Shown: positions 63,661 to 64,000 of the stretch, piece by piece
Position numbering within the stretch: position 1 is the stretch's first letter
How the letters are laid out: every line of letters starts with the position of its first letter
DNA from: Octopus sinensis
Lineage: Eukaryota
Assembly (NCBI RefSeq): GCF_006345805.1
Contig: NC_043007.1
Coordinates: forward strand, 2,108,001 to 2,172,000
DNA: 64,000 nt
Direction of reading: 5' to 3'
Position numbers and translations under genes: made by a program
Notes under the pieces: model-generated
What the model saw: only the letters and a program-made list of their open reading frames with translations
Told to the model about the DNA's origin: nothing
Databases searched by the model: none

Positions 63661-64000
63661 GTGTATTAACAAAAAACGGGAAGTCTCGACAAGTTTTTTG
63701 GAAGGTAAATATTTGTGTTAACTTGAATTACTCAAATTCTAACAATCGTCAAAGCACCTCTGATCTTCCAGACGCTGTTGACATCATAGGAAGGGTAAAA
63801 GTGCATTGTGTCATGCAGTTTAAAGGCTCACACAGTATATATACATATATATATATGAGGTAGTGAGATCCAAAATCGTTGCGGTACAGGCTGTTCGTTA
63901 GCCTAAAAAATAGACACGGCTTATACAGGTAACGTGAAACAGAGAATACGCGATCAATAAGGTTTCTTAATCAACGTATGTTACACATTTCGTCCCATAT

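Overview
This is AT-rich, microsatellite-dense animal DNA made mostly of transposon remnants. The repeat set looks like an octopus (cephalopod) genome; that is my inference and I could not verify it. One host exon is confidently recognisable: the last coding exon of MON2 (+, 2230-2387). A tentative chain of five phase-compatible exons on the minus strand (15681 down to 3797) may be a second, convergent gene. The repeats include four tRNA-headed SINE-like families (here called A, B, D, F), a LINE-3'-end-like family (C), a cluster of R4/Dong-type LINE fragments sitting in (TAA)n tracts, HERO-, RTE- and Tx1/L1-like fragments, Helitrons, Tc1 and mariner remnants, hAT- and Merlin-like MITEs, a solo LTR and Penelope-like pieces with hammerhead-like motifs. 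Most ORFs in the supplied track are translated microsatellites. The best leads are a GGT target bias and self-nesting in SINE A, tail swapping in SINE D, the TAA-targeted LINE pile-up, hammerhead-like motifs and a miRNA-like hairpin. Family letters are my working labels. Boundaries of decayed elements are approximate; target-site duplication (TSD) coordinates were read directly from the sequence.
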